DNA of 64,000 nt, taken from IMG/VR virus record IMGVR_UViG_3300032308_002246, positions 96,001 to 160,000 of that record. The stretch is one strand, 5' to 3'. The position numbers were made by a program, and so were the translations under genes. Positions 8,660 through 17,700 of this stretch are shown here, piece after piece. The notes under the pieces were generated by a model. The model searched no databases, was not told the origin of the DNA, and worked only from the letters and a program-made list of their open reading frames with translations. The DNA comes from a virus. How positions within the stretch are numbered: position 1 is the first letter of the stretch; each line of letters starts with the position of its first letter.

Positions 8660-9217
8660 ATGTCTAATTCTCCAATCAACAACATCTCTTGGGTAGAAAT
8701 TGAAAAGCTAAAGCCGGCCGACTGGAGAACCACGCACACTCTCAAGCCAGACCTCAAGGTTCTGGCCGGTTCAATACTAGATTTTGGCTGGACTAGCCCA
8801 ATTGTTGTCCAGAAGGGTTCGTTCAAAATTATTGACGGATTCCACAGGTGGGTTTGTGCTCAATCTGAACCAGTAAAGAAAATGGGGAACGGAAAAGTCC
8901 CAATCGTGATTGTTGATGTTGACGAGATAGACGCAATGCTCATGCACGTGAGGCTGAACCGTGGCAGGGGCGATGTCGTGACGAAGCATCTTTCCAATCT
9001 TGTTCGCTCGGTTGTGCACTCAAAGAAATACTCAATTGAGCAGATAAAAGATTTGCTGACTATGAGCAACTCGGAAATTGCAGCAATGGTTGACGGCACC
9101 GTAATCAAGCAACGCAAAATAAAGGAGCACACGTACTCTAGGGCATGGGTTCCAATTGAGGCTCCGAGCGAGCCAGAAATGCCTTCTCTAGAGCGTCCGC
9201 CAAACGCAGATAGATAA
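8660..9217 (+). CDS. ParB-like protein (IbrB/YbdM-like)
   Basis: SILDFGWTSPIVV...IIDGFHRW...RLNRGRG; directly follows the IbrA-like gene. Confidence 0.85.
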   Translation: MSNSPINNISWVEIEKLKPADWRTTHTLKPDLKVLAGSILDFGWTSPIVVQKGSFKIIDGFHRWVCAQSEPVKKMGNGKVPIVIVDVDEIDAMLMHVRLNRGRGDVVTKHLSNLVRSVVHSKKYSIEQIKDLLTMSNSEIAAMVDGTVIKQRKIKEHTYSRAWVPIEAPSEPEMPSLERPPNADR

Positions 9218-9276
9218 GTTTCGGCGTTATCGGGATAGCTGGTGTAAAATACTCGGTAGTATTTGACCCGGAGGTC

Positions 9277-9552
9277 TTGATGAATTTTCCGTCGGATGTA
9301 GAGGATGAAGAGCTTACAGAAGAAGCTGTAGACATCATCCCAGAGCTTGAGCCAACAGGAACCGAATTGGTCCCTGTGCCCACCCCTACCCCTCAAAGAA
9401 AACCAGCATGGTGGAGAAGAGCTGTTGCGTATTCGGTAAGAAGGCTGGCAGATAGTATCCAGTTTGGCCGTGGCGCAAGACAACGGACTCAGCCTGGCGA
9501 AGGTCGCAATTTGGCTCGGGAGGCAAGAGGCCGAATAACTGGAAGGGGCTAG
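9277..9552 (+). CDS. Hypothetical protein (acidic N-terminus, Arg-rich C-terminus)
   Basis: GGAGG SD; fills the gap before the neck genes. Confidence 0.65.
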   Translation: MMNFPSDVEDEELTEEAVDIIPELEPTGTELVPVPTPTPQRKPAWWRRAVAYSVRRLADSIQFGRGARQRTQPGEGRNLAREARGRITGRG

Positions 9553-9559
9553 GTTAAAA

Positions 9560-10417
9560 ATGCTAGTCAGCTTGTCAGAATTAAAGACGTACATGGACAT
9601 ATCTCTTACGCAACGGCAACAAGACGCCGTTGAAATGATACTCCTTGGCCTAGAGAGCGAACTTGAAGCGTTCCTTGGTAGACCTGTATCCCAGGAAGAG
9701 GTAACGGAAGAACATGTTATTCCTTCATATTTTCAGGGCGTCCCTGCAACATCTTTTTTTTACGACCACAGTCTTGATTCAACTGAAACCGGGCTCAACT
9801 ATATTCAGCCTTCACAAATAATTTATGCACGAAATTCACCAATAACAAATGTCAGGCAAGTAACAATTAAAAACTTGGCTTCTGTGCCGGTGAACCTTGC
9901 TGAGGCCATGCAGAGAAAAGCCACAATTACATCTGCTTCAGTCAATGGTCCCTCTGTTGTTTTTACTGCGGACAACGACTTCACAATTGGGCAGCGAGTT
10001 ACTGTTTCAAATATAACCCCGTCAACTCTTCAAATTAGCGCAAGAGAAATAACTGCAGTAACTCCAACCACATTTACAGTTGGCGACGCCGCTGGAGCAA
10101 ACGGTTCGTATGTTTCTGGTGGATTGGCTACAGCTACGGGAAATGATTACACCGTGCATAGATACGGAGTTGAACTCTATAGGGGCTTTCCTAACGACGT
10201 TGTGAGTATTACTTATACCGGTGGTCTTGATGGCTCAGCAATAAAAATGTTCAAGTTGATGATTCTTAGAGCTGCTTCTCGTGAAGTTCAAAACATGCAC
10301 GATGATGTCGTTGGCCTAAAAGATTTGAATACAAGAAATGTTGCACCACTTGAAACAGGATTCTTAGAAAAAGAACTTATGGCAATGAAGTCATACAAGA
10401 GAAGACGAATTGCGTAA
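9560..10417 (+). CDS. Head-tail connector/adaptor with inserted beta domain
   Basis: N-terminal LVSLSELKTYM...LEAFLGR and C-terminal VSITYTGG pattern of gp6/gp15-like adaptors; position before tail genes. Confidence 0.75.
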   Translation: MLVSLSELKTYMDISLTQRQQDAVEMILLGLESELEAFLGRPVSQEEVTEEHVIPSYFQGVPATSFFYDHSLDSTETGLNYIQPSQIIYARNSPITNVRQVTIKNLASVPVNLAEAMQRKATITSASVNGPSVVFTADNDFTIGQRVTVSNITPSTLQISAREITAVTPTTFTVGDAAGANGSYVSGGLATATGNDYTVHRYGVELYRGFPNDVVSITYTGGLDGSAIKMFKLMILRAASREVQNMHDDVVGLKDLNTRNVAPLETGFLEKELMAMKSYKRRRIA

Positions 10418-11013
10418 TGGATGCTCCAAGAGAAATTTATCGTTCTTTAAAAGTTGATACTGATTTTGATAAAAAATCATTGTTAAAAGTAATTGGAGAA
10501 ATAAAAGCTTTAGAAAAATCTATTGATTCTATTGGCTCAAGTTCTCCCGGTGGTTCACGGATTGAATTTGAACCTGATTTTTCTGAAGCATATGAATTGC
10601 TGGCAGAAATAGGTGCTCGAGGTTCGTTTACCGCTCCGGTTTTTCCAGTACTAAAGAAACAAGTACAGGCTATGAATGCTGCAAACTTTGCATCAAACGG
10701 ACTGCCTTCTGGTGGATGGAAACCACTTGATGCAAAATATGCTGCATGGAAGTCAATTCGCTTTCCAGGCGCTCCGCCGATGGTTAGAACTGGAGCATTG
10801 ATGGAGTCGCTGACTACCACTCCTTTGGTGCAAAACGAAACTACAACATCTTTTGAAATTGGAACAGCAATACCGTATGCAAGATTCCATCAAACAGGCA
10901 CTTTCAAAATGCCAAAAAGACAAGTTGTTTACGAGCCAGTTGGTTTTGCTGAATTCGCAAGCGAGATAATTGCTGATTATGTTGCAGGCATAAGTAAGGT
11001 CCCAGGTGTCTAA
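10417..11013 (+). CDS. Virion morphogenesis / tail completion protein (Mu gpG-like)
   Basis: GWKPL...MVRTGALMESL...IGTAIPYARFHQTGTFKMPKR motif. Confidence 0.8.
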   Translation: MDAPREIYRSLKVDTDFDKKSLLKVIGEIKALEKSIDSIGSSSPGGSRIEFEPDFSEAYELLAEIGARGSFTAPVFPVLKKQVQAMNAANFASNGLPSGGWKPLDAKYAAWKSIRFPGAPPMVRTGALMESLTTTPLVQNETTTSFEIGTAIPYARFHQTGTFKMPKRQVVYEPVGFAEFASEIIADYVAGISKVPGV

Positions 11014-11609
11014 TGGCTTCAGAGGTAATGTATGGACCGCAGTTTGCGAAGCAATTTGTTAACGAGTATCTAATATCAGAGATGCCACTTAGGCTGACTC
11101 GCTATAGAAACGCATGGAACCTTAGCACTAGCGAGCTTCCTGACATAGAAGACATATTTGCTTTTGAACCATTAGCAATGGATAAATGGCCAACAATAAT
11201 AACTGTTGCAATATCGACTAAGTCTTTGGTTCGCACAGGATTTAATCTCACTAATAATCCTGAATACAATGTCACCTATGCAATGCGTACATATGTGTGG
11301 GCGCGTAGTGATGGCGCTCAAGACACAACACTAATGAGAGACAGGCTGACAACTGTTGTTCGGTCTGCACTCATGGACCATCCATGTCTTCAAAGGTCAA
11401 ATCCCGAGAGAGAAGCGCTTATCGAAGAGTCATCAATCAATGAGGAGTACTCTGAATTGACTTTGCTAAAAGGCGATAGGTATCTTGCTGGTGCATATAT
11501 TGCCTATGACCTCAGAATCGAAGAAGCTATAGAAAGAGACAATTTGGGAACCGTTTCTGAAATTGGCCTTGAGTGGCAAAGTCCTTCAAGTTGGTATCTA
11601 AATGAATAA
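11013..11609 (+). CDS. Putative tail terminator / neck protein
   Basis: Size and position between the morphogenesis gene and the sheath; TAATG coupling. Confidence 0.55.
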   Translation: MASEVMYGPQFAKQFVNEYLISEMPLRLTRYRNAWNLSTSELPDIEDIFAFEPLAMDKWPTIITVAISTKSLVRTGFNLTNNPEYNVTYAMRTYVWARSDGAQDTTLMRDRLTTVVRSALMDHPCLQRSNPEREALIEESSINEEYSELTLLKGDRYLAGAYIAYDLRIEEAIERDNLGTVSEIGLEWQSPSSWYLNE

Positions 11610-11940
11610 TTTTGAAAAACTGGACGAAGAAACCCCAGTCCTTCCGCAAAGATTCGCTGGGATGATTCAGGTAAAGAACATCTCTGGTCGTACTGTTGCT
11701 GCTGATTCGCAAGGCAATTATATGACCCCAGACTCCTATGCCGCAGTAAACCCGTTTGATGTGACGGTGATGAAACAACTAGGCAAAGGTATTTTTCAAG
11801 TAATCGAATTTTTAATAGATGAAAGTAATTTATCTTCTAAGACGATTGTCAATAAAATACCTAAAAAGAAAAAGAATAAACCACAAAGCATTCCGGCTGG
11901 AGGGGCACTTCCACCCGGGAAATGCTGCCCAACACGCTAA
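11602..11940 (+). CDS. Hypothetical protein
   Basis: Overlaps the upstream stop; 112 aa. Confidence 0.55.
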   Translation: MNNFEKLDEETPVLPQRFAGMIQVKNISGRTVAADSQGNYMTPDSYAAVNPFDVTVMKQLGKGIFQVIEFLIDESNLSSKTIVNKIPKKKKNKPQSIPAGGALPPGKCCPTR

Positions 11941-12065
11941 TATGTATTGGTGACTTTGAAATAAAGTTTATAAAAATAAGTTGCCAAAGAAAGTTCTACT
12001 ATGGTGGTATCATCGCTGTGGTTAAAGAACGTAAAAATTCTAGGCAGGAACCGAAGGAGTGACAA

Positions 12066-13523
12066 ATGGCGGGCATCGTACTCACCACGGCAGTAAGAAC
12101 AGGTCCAGTAACTACTACAACTGCACCTACATCGACGTTGTTTATAGCTGGCGTCACCGAAAAGGGGCCGGAAGGTGATGCAAAGCTAATCACCAGTGTT
12201 GCTGACTACAACGCAATCTACGGTGGATACACATCTGCTGGATATGTGCACGAATCAGTCCAAATGTTTTTTGAAGAAGGTGGCTCACGCGCCTATGTTT
12301 CAAGAGTTATTCCTTCAGATGCAGTTAGTGCATCTTGCACAGTAGCTGATGCATCAGCTGGAACTGTTGTTACACTAATTGCATCTGGTGAGGGTACATG
12401 GCCGCACTCTGGTGCGCTCACAGTTGGTGTAATTCAGCCAACTGGTTCAACATTTAGACTTCGTATTTTCTCGGATGGCGACCTTGTCTACACGACTCCA
12501 ATTTGTACAACCAAGTCAGAACTTGTTGACGAAATTAATAACAGCACAGTTGCTGGTCTTTATGTAACCGCAGTTGCTGGAGCAAGCAGCTTGATTCCAC
12601 AGGTAACAGTTTCAAACTTGAACTTCACCGGTGGCAGCAATGGAACAACAGTAACCGATGCAGATGTTGAAACAGCTTTTGAAGCTTTTGTTCCAACACT
12701 TGGACCAGGAGCTATTGCCGCTCCTGGTTTCTACACACAGACTGTTTATGAAGCATTGATTGACCATGCAAAAGGCAACAACAGAATTGCTTTGCTTGGT
12801 TTTGACAAGGACGATACGGTCAACGATGTTTTGAGCGTAACTTCAAACTATGAGGACAGAGATGGCGCTGAAAGTGCCGCATGGTTTTATCCATGGGTAA
12901 AAATCCCAAGAGGAAACCTGACAATCTCAGTACCTTGCGAAGGTTATGTTGCCGCCAAGAGAGCAGCTGTACACAACAAGCTTGGTTCTTGGCACGCATA
13001 TGCAGGCCTTAAGAGCGAAGCACGTTTTGTTACTGGTGTGCAGACAACAATCTCTTCTACGCAGGCTGATGCATTGGACCTCGTTTACATCAACCCAATT
13101 AGAATCATCAGCGGAACTGTAAGAATTTACGGAGCACGTTCAGCTTCAACCGACACAGTCAACTTCAGATACATCAACTCAAGAGAAGTGCTCAATGACA
13201 TCATTGACAAAGCTCAGAGTGGTCTTGAAGCTCTTGTGTTCTCGGTAATTGATGGTAGAAGAAGCCTCTTCGGAGAAGTTGCTGCTGTGCTCATCAATGT
13301 GCTTGACCCAATTTCAAAAGCTGGTGGACTGTTTGAGTTGTATGACGCAAACGGAAAGCGCCTTGACCCTGGCTACACAATCCAGGTAAACGACGCAATC
13401 AACCCAATTTCACAGCTTGCCACAGGCGTGGTTAAAGCTAAGGTCGGCGCAAGAGTGTCAAGCATAGGTGACACTATTGAAGTCGAAATAACAAAATCAA
13501 ATCTTACGTCTTCGCTAGGCTAA
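12066..13523 (+). CDS. Tail sheath protein
   Basis: FIAGVTEKGP...ITSVADY...FFEEGGSRAYVSRV; YPWV; INPIR...IYGARS...RYINSR sheath motifs; AAGGAG SD. Confidence 0.93.
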   Translation: MAGIVLTTAVRTGPVTTTTAPTSTLFIAGVTEKGPEGDAKLITSVADYNAIYGGYTSAGYVHESVQMFFEEGGSRAYVSRVIPSDAVSASCTVADASAGTVVTLIASGEGTWPHSGALTVGVIQPTGSTFRLRIFSDGDLVYTTPICTTKSELVDEINNSTVAGLYVTAVAGASSLIPQVTVSNLNFTGGSNGTTVTDADVETAFEAFVPTLGPGAIAAPGFYTQTVYEALIDHAKGNNRIALLGFDKDDTVNDVLSVTSNYEDRDGAESAAWFYPWVKIPRGNLTISVPCEGYVAAKRAAVHNKLGSWHAYAGLKSEARFVTGVQTTISSTQADALDLVYINPIRIISGTVRIYGARSASTDTVNFRYINSREVLNDIIDKAQSGLEALVFSVIDGRRSLFGEVAAVLINVLDPISKAGGLFELYDANGKRLDPGYTIQVNDAINPISQLATGVVKAKVGARVSSIGDTIEVEITKSNLTSSLG

Positions 13524-13539
13524 ACGGAGGAAAATCACA

Positions 13540-13998
13540 ATGGCTAAGCTTTCTCAGCGTCAAATATTGGCAAAAATCGCACCGGTTAACACGCAGGTGC
13601 ACCCAGACCTTTCTGGATATTTTGCCCAAGTGTCGGGTGGGGAGATAACTGCCGCCGTAGAAAAAATCTACGTTGGTGGAGAGAAGTTCCCTGAACTGCT
13701 CTGTGCTCCTTCCGAAGTCGGCGACATCACACTTACTCGTCACTACTCCGAAGAAGATAGAGGCAAATTGAACTCGCTTCGTCAGTATGTCGGCGCAGCG
13801 TTTTATAATGTGACTATTTATTATCTAAACTGTGACATTTCTTCAGGCAAGCCTGACAGAGCTTACGCCAACTGCTTGTTGGTAGGTCTGACAGAACCAG
13901 ATGGAGACTCTTCATCCGGTGCTCCAGCAACATTTGCACTCACGTTCTCGGTGAACAAGGGTCCTGCAGATGTGGCTGATGGAACATTCCAGTTCTAA
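13540..13998 (+). CDS. Tail tube protein
   Basis: 152 aa directly after the sheath; GDITLTR motif; GGAGG SD. Confidence 0.82.
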   Translation: MAKLSQRQILAKIAPVNTQVHPDLSGYFAQVSGGEITAAVEKIYVGGEKFPELLCAPSEVGDITLTRHYSEEDRGKLNSLRQYVGAAFYNVTIYYLNCDISSGKPDRAYANCLLVGLTEPDGDSSSGAPATFALTFSVNKGPADVADGTFQF

Positions 13999-14047
13999 AT
14001 AAAAAATCATCTGCCATCACACATTAAGCGTGTGCTAGGTTTTGGGC

Positions 14048-14533
14048 ATGACAGAAAAATCAGCTCCTAAAGAAATTCAAGAAGAAACAATCCTCAATCA
14101 GTTGAAGTCCGTTATTGCCAAGAAAGTAGAACGGGCAGAAGTTTTTATTGAGGTCCCAGAACGCATCGGCGTAAAATTGCTGGTTAGCCCAAATGTTACT
14201 CAACAACAAATGAGAGCATGGCAGAAGCAGTGTGGCGGAGATTCTCCTAAGGGGATGGACGCAACAAAGTTTGCATGCACAGTTGTTGGACAAACAACAA
14301 AGGGTGTTTTTCTAAACGGCGAAGAAGTTCTTGATGATGGTTGGCCATGCACATTTGGTTCACCAATCATCTTGGAAATGACAGGTACGACAAAAGCAGT
14401 TCCAGACGCAGTTCAAAAGTTTTTTGGTCTGGATGCACATGTTGAAGCAGCAGCTCTTGCAATCATTGAAGCCTGTGGTTTTGGTGACACAATCTCGGCG
14501 GAGGCTACCGAAAACCCTACGAAACGGTCATAG
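14048..14533 (+). CDS. Tail assembly chaperone (gpG-like)
   Basis: Lies between tube and tape measure; ends just after a slippery heptamer. Confidence 0.78.
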   Translation: MTEKSAPKEIQEETILNQLKSVIAKKVERAEVFIEVPERIGVKLLVSPNVTQQQMRAWQKQCGGDSPKGMDATKFACTVVGQTTKGVFLNGEEVLDDGWPCTFGSPIILEMTGTTKAVPDAVQKFFGLDAHVEAAALAIIEACGFGDTISAEATENPTKRS

Positions 14534-14703
14534 AGGAACTTTCCGAAGACCCTCGAGTGGCCGCAGCAGCCAGACTTGGCGAACTGTGGGGAACAGACCC
14601 AATCGTAATACTTAACTCGGAGCCAGATGAATGGCTGATTAGGTATGCATGCGCAAAGGTAATTGAAGCAGACCGTAAACGTGCAGAGAGCGAATCACGC
14701 TAA
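14512..14703 (+). CDS. -1 frameshift extension of the tail assembly chaperone (gpGT-like)
   Basis: A AAC CCT (X XXY YYZ) at 14512-14518; the -1 frame reads YETVIEELSEDPRVAAAARLGELWGTDP...ESESR* to 14703. Confidence 0.75.
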   Translation, partial: KPYETVIEELSEDPRVAAAARLGELWGTDPIVILNSEPDEWLIRYACAKVIEADRKRAESESR

Positions 14704-14741
14704 ACTAGTTGTGTCCTCCTATTGCTATTCTGAGGTAATCC

Positions 14742-17700
14742 GTGGCTGACGCACGCGCAACGATAAAAATAAATGTAATCACAGACAAGAAAGATTTTGC
14801 GTCTGCGATTGCACAAATGAACGGGCTAAATAGCGCACTCGGAAACGGCTCAACAAACTCAAATAAATTCACCCAGTCTCTAAATAAGACAACTACTTCT
14901 TTTAAAAGCTACTCTGGTGGCGCAATGGGTGCGGTAAAAGCAACCCGTGGTTTCAATAACCAAACATTGACTTCACAAAAACTTATTGGTGCATTGAATA
15001 AATCCATGAGAGCAATATTCTGGATTGTTATTGCATTGGGTATCGAGTTTGCAATAACAGCAGCCACGCTTGCATCAGTTAATGCAGCATTTACAGTTGG
15101 GAGAATGGCCGTCAAGGCCTACCATGTCTCACTAGGACTGCTCGCCGGCGCTCTAGCTTCAGTTACAGCAGCCATAGGCGTTGGTCTTGCTGCTTTTCAG
15201 GAATACACAGCAGCGATGACTGCGTTTAGCTACAAGGGCGTAAACGAACTTGGTGACGGCATGGAACAGTCATCGAGCGCAATGAGAAATTTTGCAAAAG
15301 ATACATCACTTGCAACCATGGGTGTTGTTGCACTAACTCAAGCTTATTCAACTATGGCAAAACAGGCACCTGTTAGTGCCGCTCAAAGAAAAGCACTTGC
15401 CGGAGCACTTGACTTTACAACTACTGCAGAAGACCCAAAGAAAGCATTCCAGAGTCTTTCTCAGTTTATTGGATTAGTAACAAAAGCAAAAAAAGTTGAC
15501 TCAAAAGCAACAAGAGCAGCTCAATCGGTTAGCCCTGAGTTTGCAAAAGCAGTAGCTGGACAAAAAGATAAATCAGCTGGAGCAATACTTGCGTCTTTGT
15601 CAAGTGGACAGTTGGCCACTTCTGCTGGCGTAAGTGGAAACTACAAGATGCAACAAACACTTGTTGGTCAATTCCAGTCTTTTTTAACAGACCTAGTTGT
15701 TCAGCTAACAGACTTTGGTAGAAAACTTTTAGAGCCAGCAAAAGATGTCCTTGATTCTTTTTACAAAAACTTTAGAAATGCATTCAGAAGAACAGAAGGA
15801 ATAATAAGCGGTTTTGCAACAGGCACAATGATGCCTGGATTGATAACAATCGGAAACACAATTGAAGAATTTTCAGTAAAACTCCTAAGAGATTATTTAC
15901 CAAAAATTAGCGGTGGTGCTGATTGGCTAAGAAAAACATTTAGCGACCTAAAAGCATCATTTGCTCAATTTGTTAATTCCTTAGACAAATTTAGAGCAGG
16001 TTCAAAAATAATTACAGACACCTTTGGAGAACCGTTACTTGCGCTATTTAAAGGATTTGGTAGAAATGCTGAACAACTTGGTTATCTTGCTGAAGACAAC
16101 GAAGAAGCATTTTTGAAGTGGGGTAAAGCTCTTGAAGGATTAGTATTCTCAATCTTTGATTTTTTTGCTGCAATGAAAGTTGCTTTCACAGAGGCACTTC
16201 CAGTGCTAACACAAATCGTAAATGGACTAGCGTCGTTGATTCGTGGTTTGTCTGCAGTTATAAGCCTTACTGGAACTCTTGGTGGCGGTGGAGGAAACAG
16301 CGGCACGGTAAATGCAGGAATGGGACCAGTCCTATCAGCGGCGCTTACGATGGGTCTCATGTATGGAGGATTTAAAGGTAGACGTCGTTTTGGAAGAGGT
16401 GGTGGGATAGGAACAAAAACTGGACCCTCAACTGCAAGCAAATATGGTTATCAGCAAGCCGCAATGAATCAGCCATTGTCCCAGGCTCTATTTGGGCAGT
16501 TGGGTTTTGGTGGAGTTATTGGCAGAACCGGTTCTGCTATCTCAGGGGGAAGGAGTTTTGGTTCAAAAATTTCCGGAGGGTTTACTGCCATGCTGGGTGG
16601 GAATTCACGTTCTGTTGCAAATCAAGGAGCTATAGCAGCTAACACAATGTACAGACAGCAAACCGGAAGAAATGCTACAAGCGGTCTTACTATCCCGAAG
16701 ATTGGGGATTTTGACCCATACACAGGTAAAACCATAACTAGCGCAAAAGATTTGGCAGATGCAAGAAGGGCACGGCGTTCATTAAACCGGCTGACATATA
16801 GAGACCTTTTAAAGACCGCAAGAACTGGCGACGCAAGAAATTTGAGCACAAGTGCCGCTGGTAGCGGTTTTGCAAAAACAACAGTAGGACGAACAAATCC
16901 TCTTACTGGCGCAACAATGAATGCCAGACAAGCTGCAATGTTTGGAATTAGAAGCAAGGTTGGTGGAGCAATGACTGGCCGAGTTGAGGCTATGCAGGCC
17001 GGTCTAAGAGGTTCGTTTACGCCTGGCCTTGGAATGGCTGGTTCACTGATTACGGCTTCTGGTGTTACCTCAAGGATAGGAAATGAAACAGCTCGTTCTG
17101 CTGTTGACATGGGCCTTGCCGGTTCATACTTTGGCAAGCGAGGCGCAATAGTTGGTGCCGGACTTGGTGTTATGTCTAAAACAACAAACTATTTAGCTGG
17201 TTCCATAGCTGGTGGTGCTACAGGCGCACAAATAGCTGGAGTTATAACAGCGGGCCTACCTCCACAAGCTCAAGCAATTGGTAAGGCTTTAGGTTTTGCT
17301 ATTGGTACAGCAGTTGGAATATTTACCGTGCGGGCCAGAAGAACAAAAATAGCAAAAGGTGTAGCTGACGCAATGGTCCAGCAAACTGGAGCGCGCTCTA
17401 TTGAAGCTCTGTTAAAAAGTCCAATATTGAGCACTGTTAGCGCCACTGCGCAAATTACCAAAGACACCAAAATATATGATAAAGCAATAGCTATGTCTAG
17501 AGGAGGCACTAGTGATTCTGCGGTAAGAGACTACCTGCTTTCGACCGGAACAATAACCCAACAGCAAGCACAAGCAATTGACATGAATGACGGTGGTTTT
17601 ATTGACCAACTTGAGTCAAATAATCTTGCTTTAAAAATGCAGGGCGAGTCTTACAAAAAATTTGAAAATAATATCAACGCATTAACCTTATCAACTGGCA

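Noticed and set aside
8860-9600. 246-aa minus-strand ORF and other antisense ORFs such as 4876-5448
   Set aside because: They overlap well-supported plus-strand genes and have no motifs.
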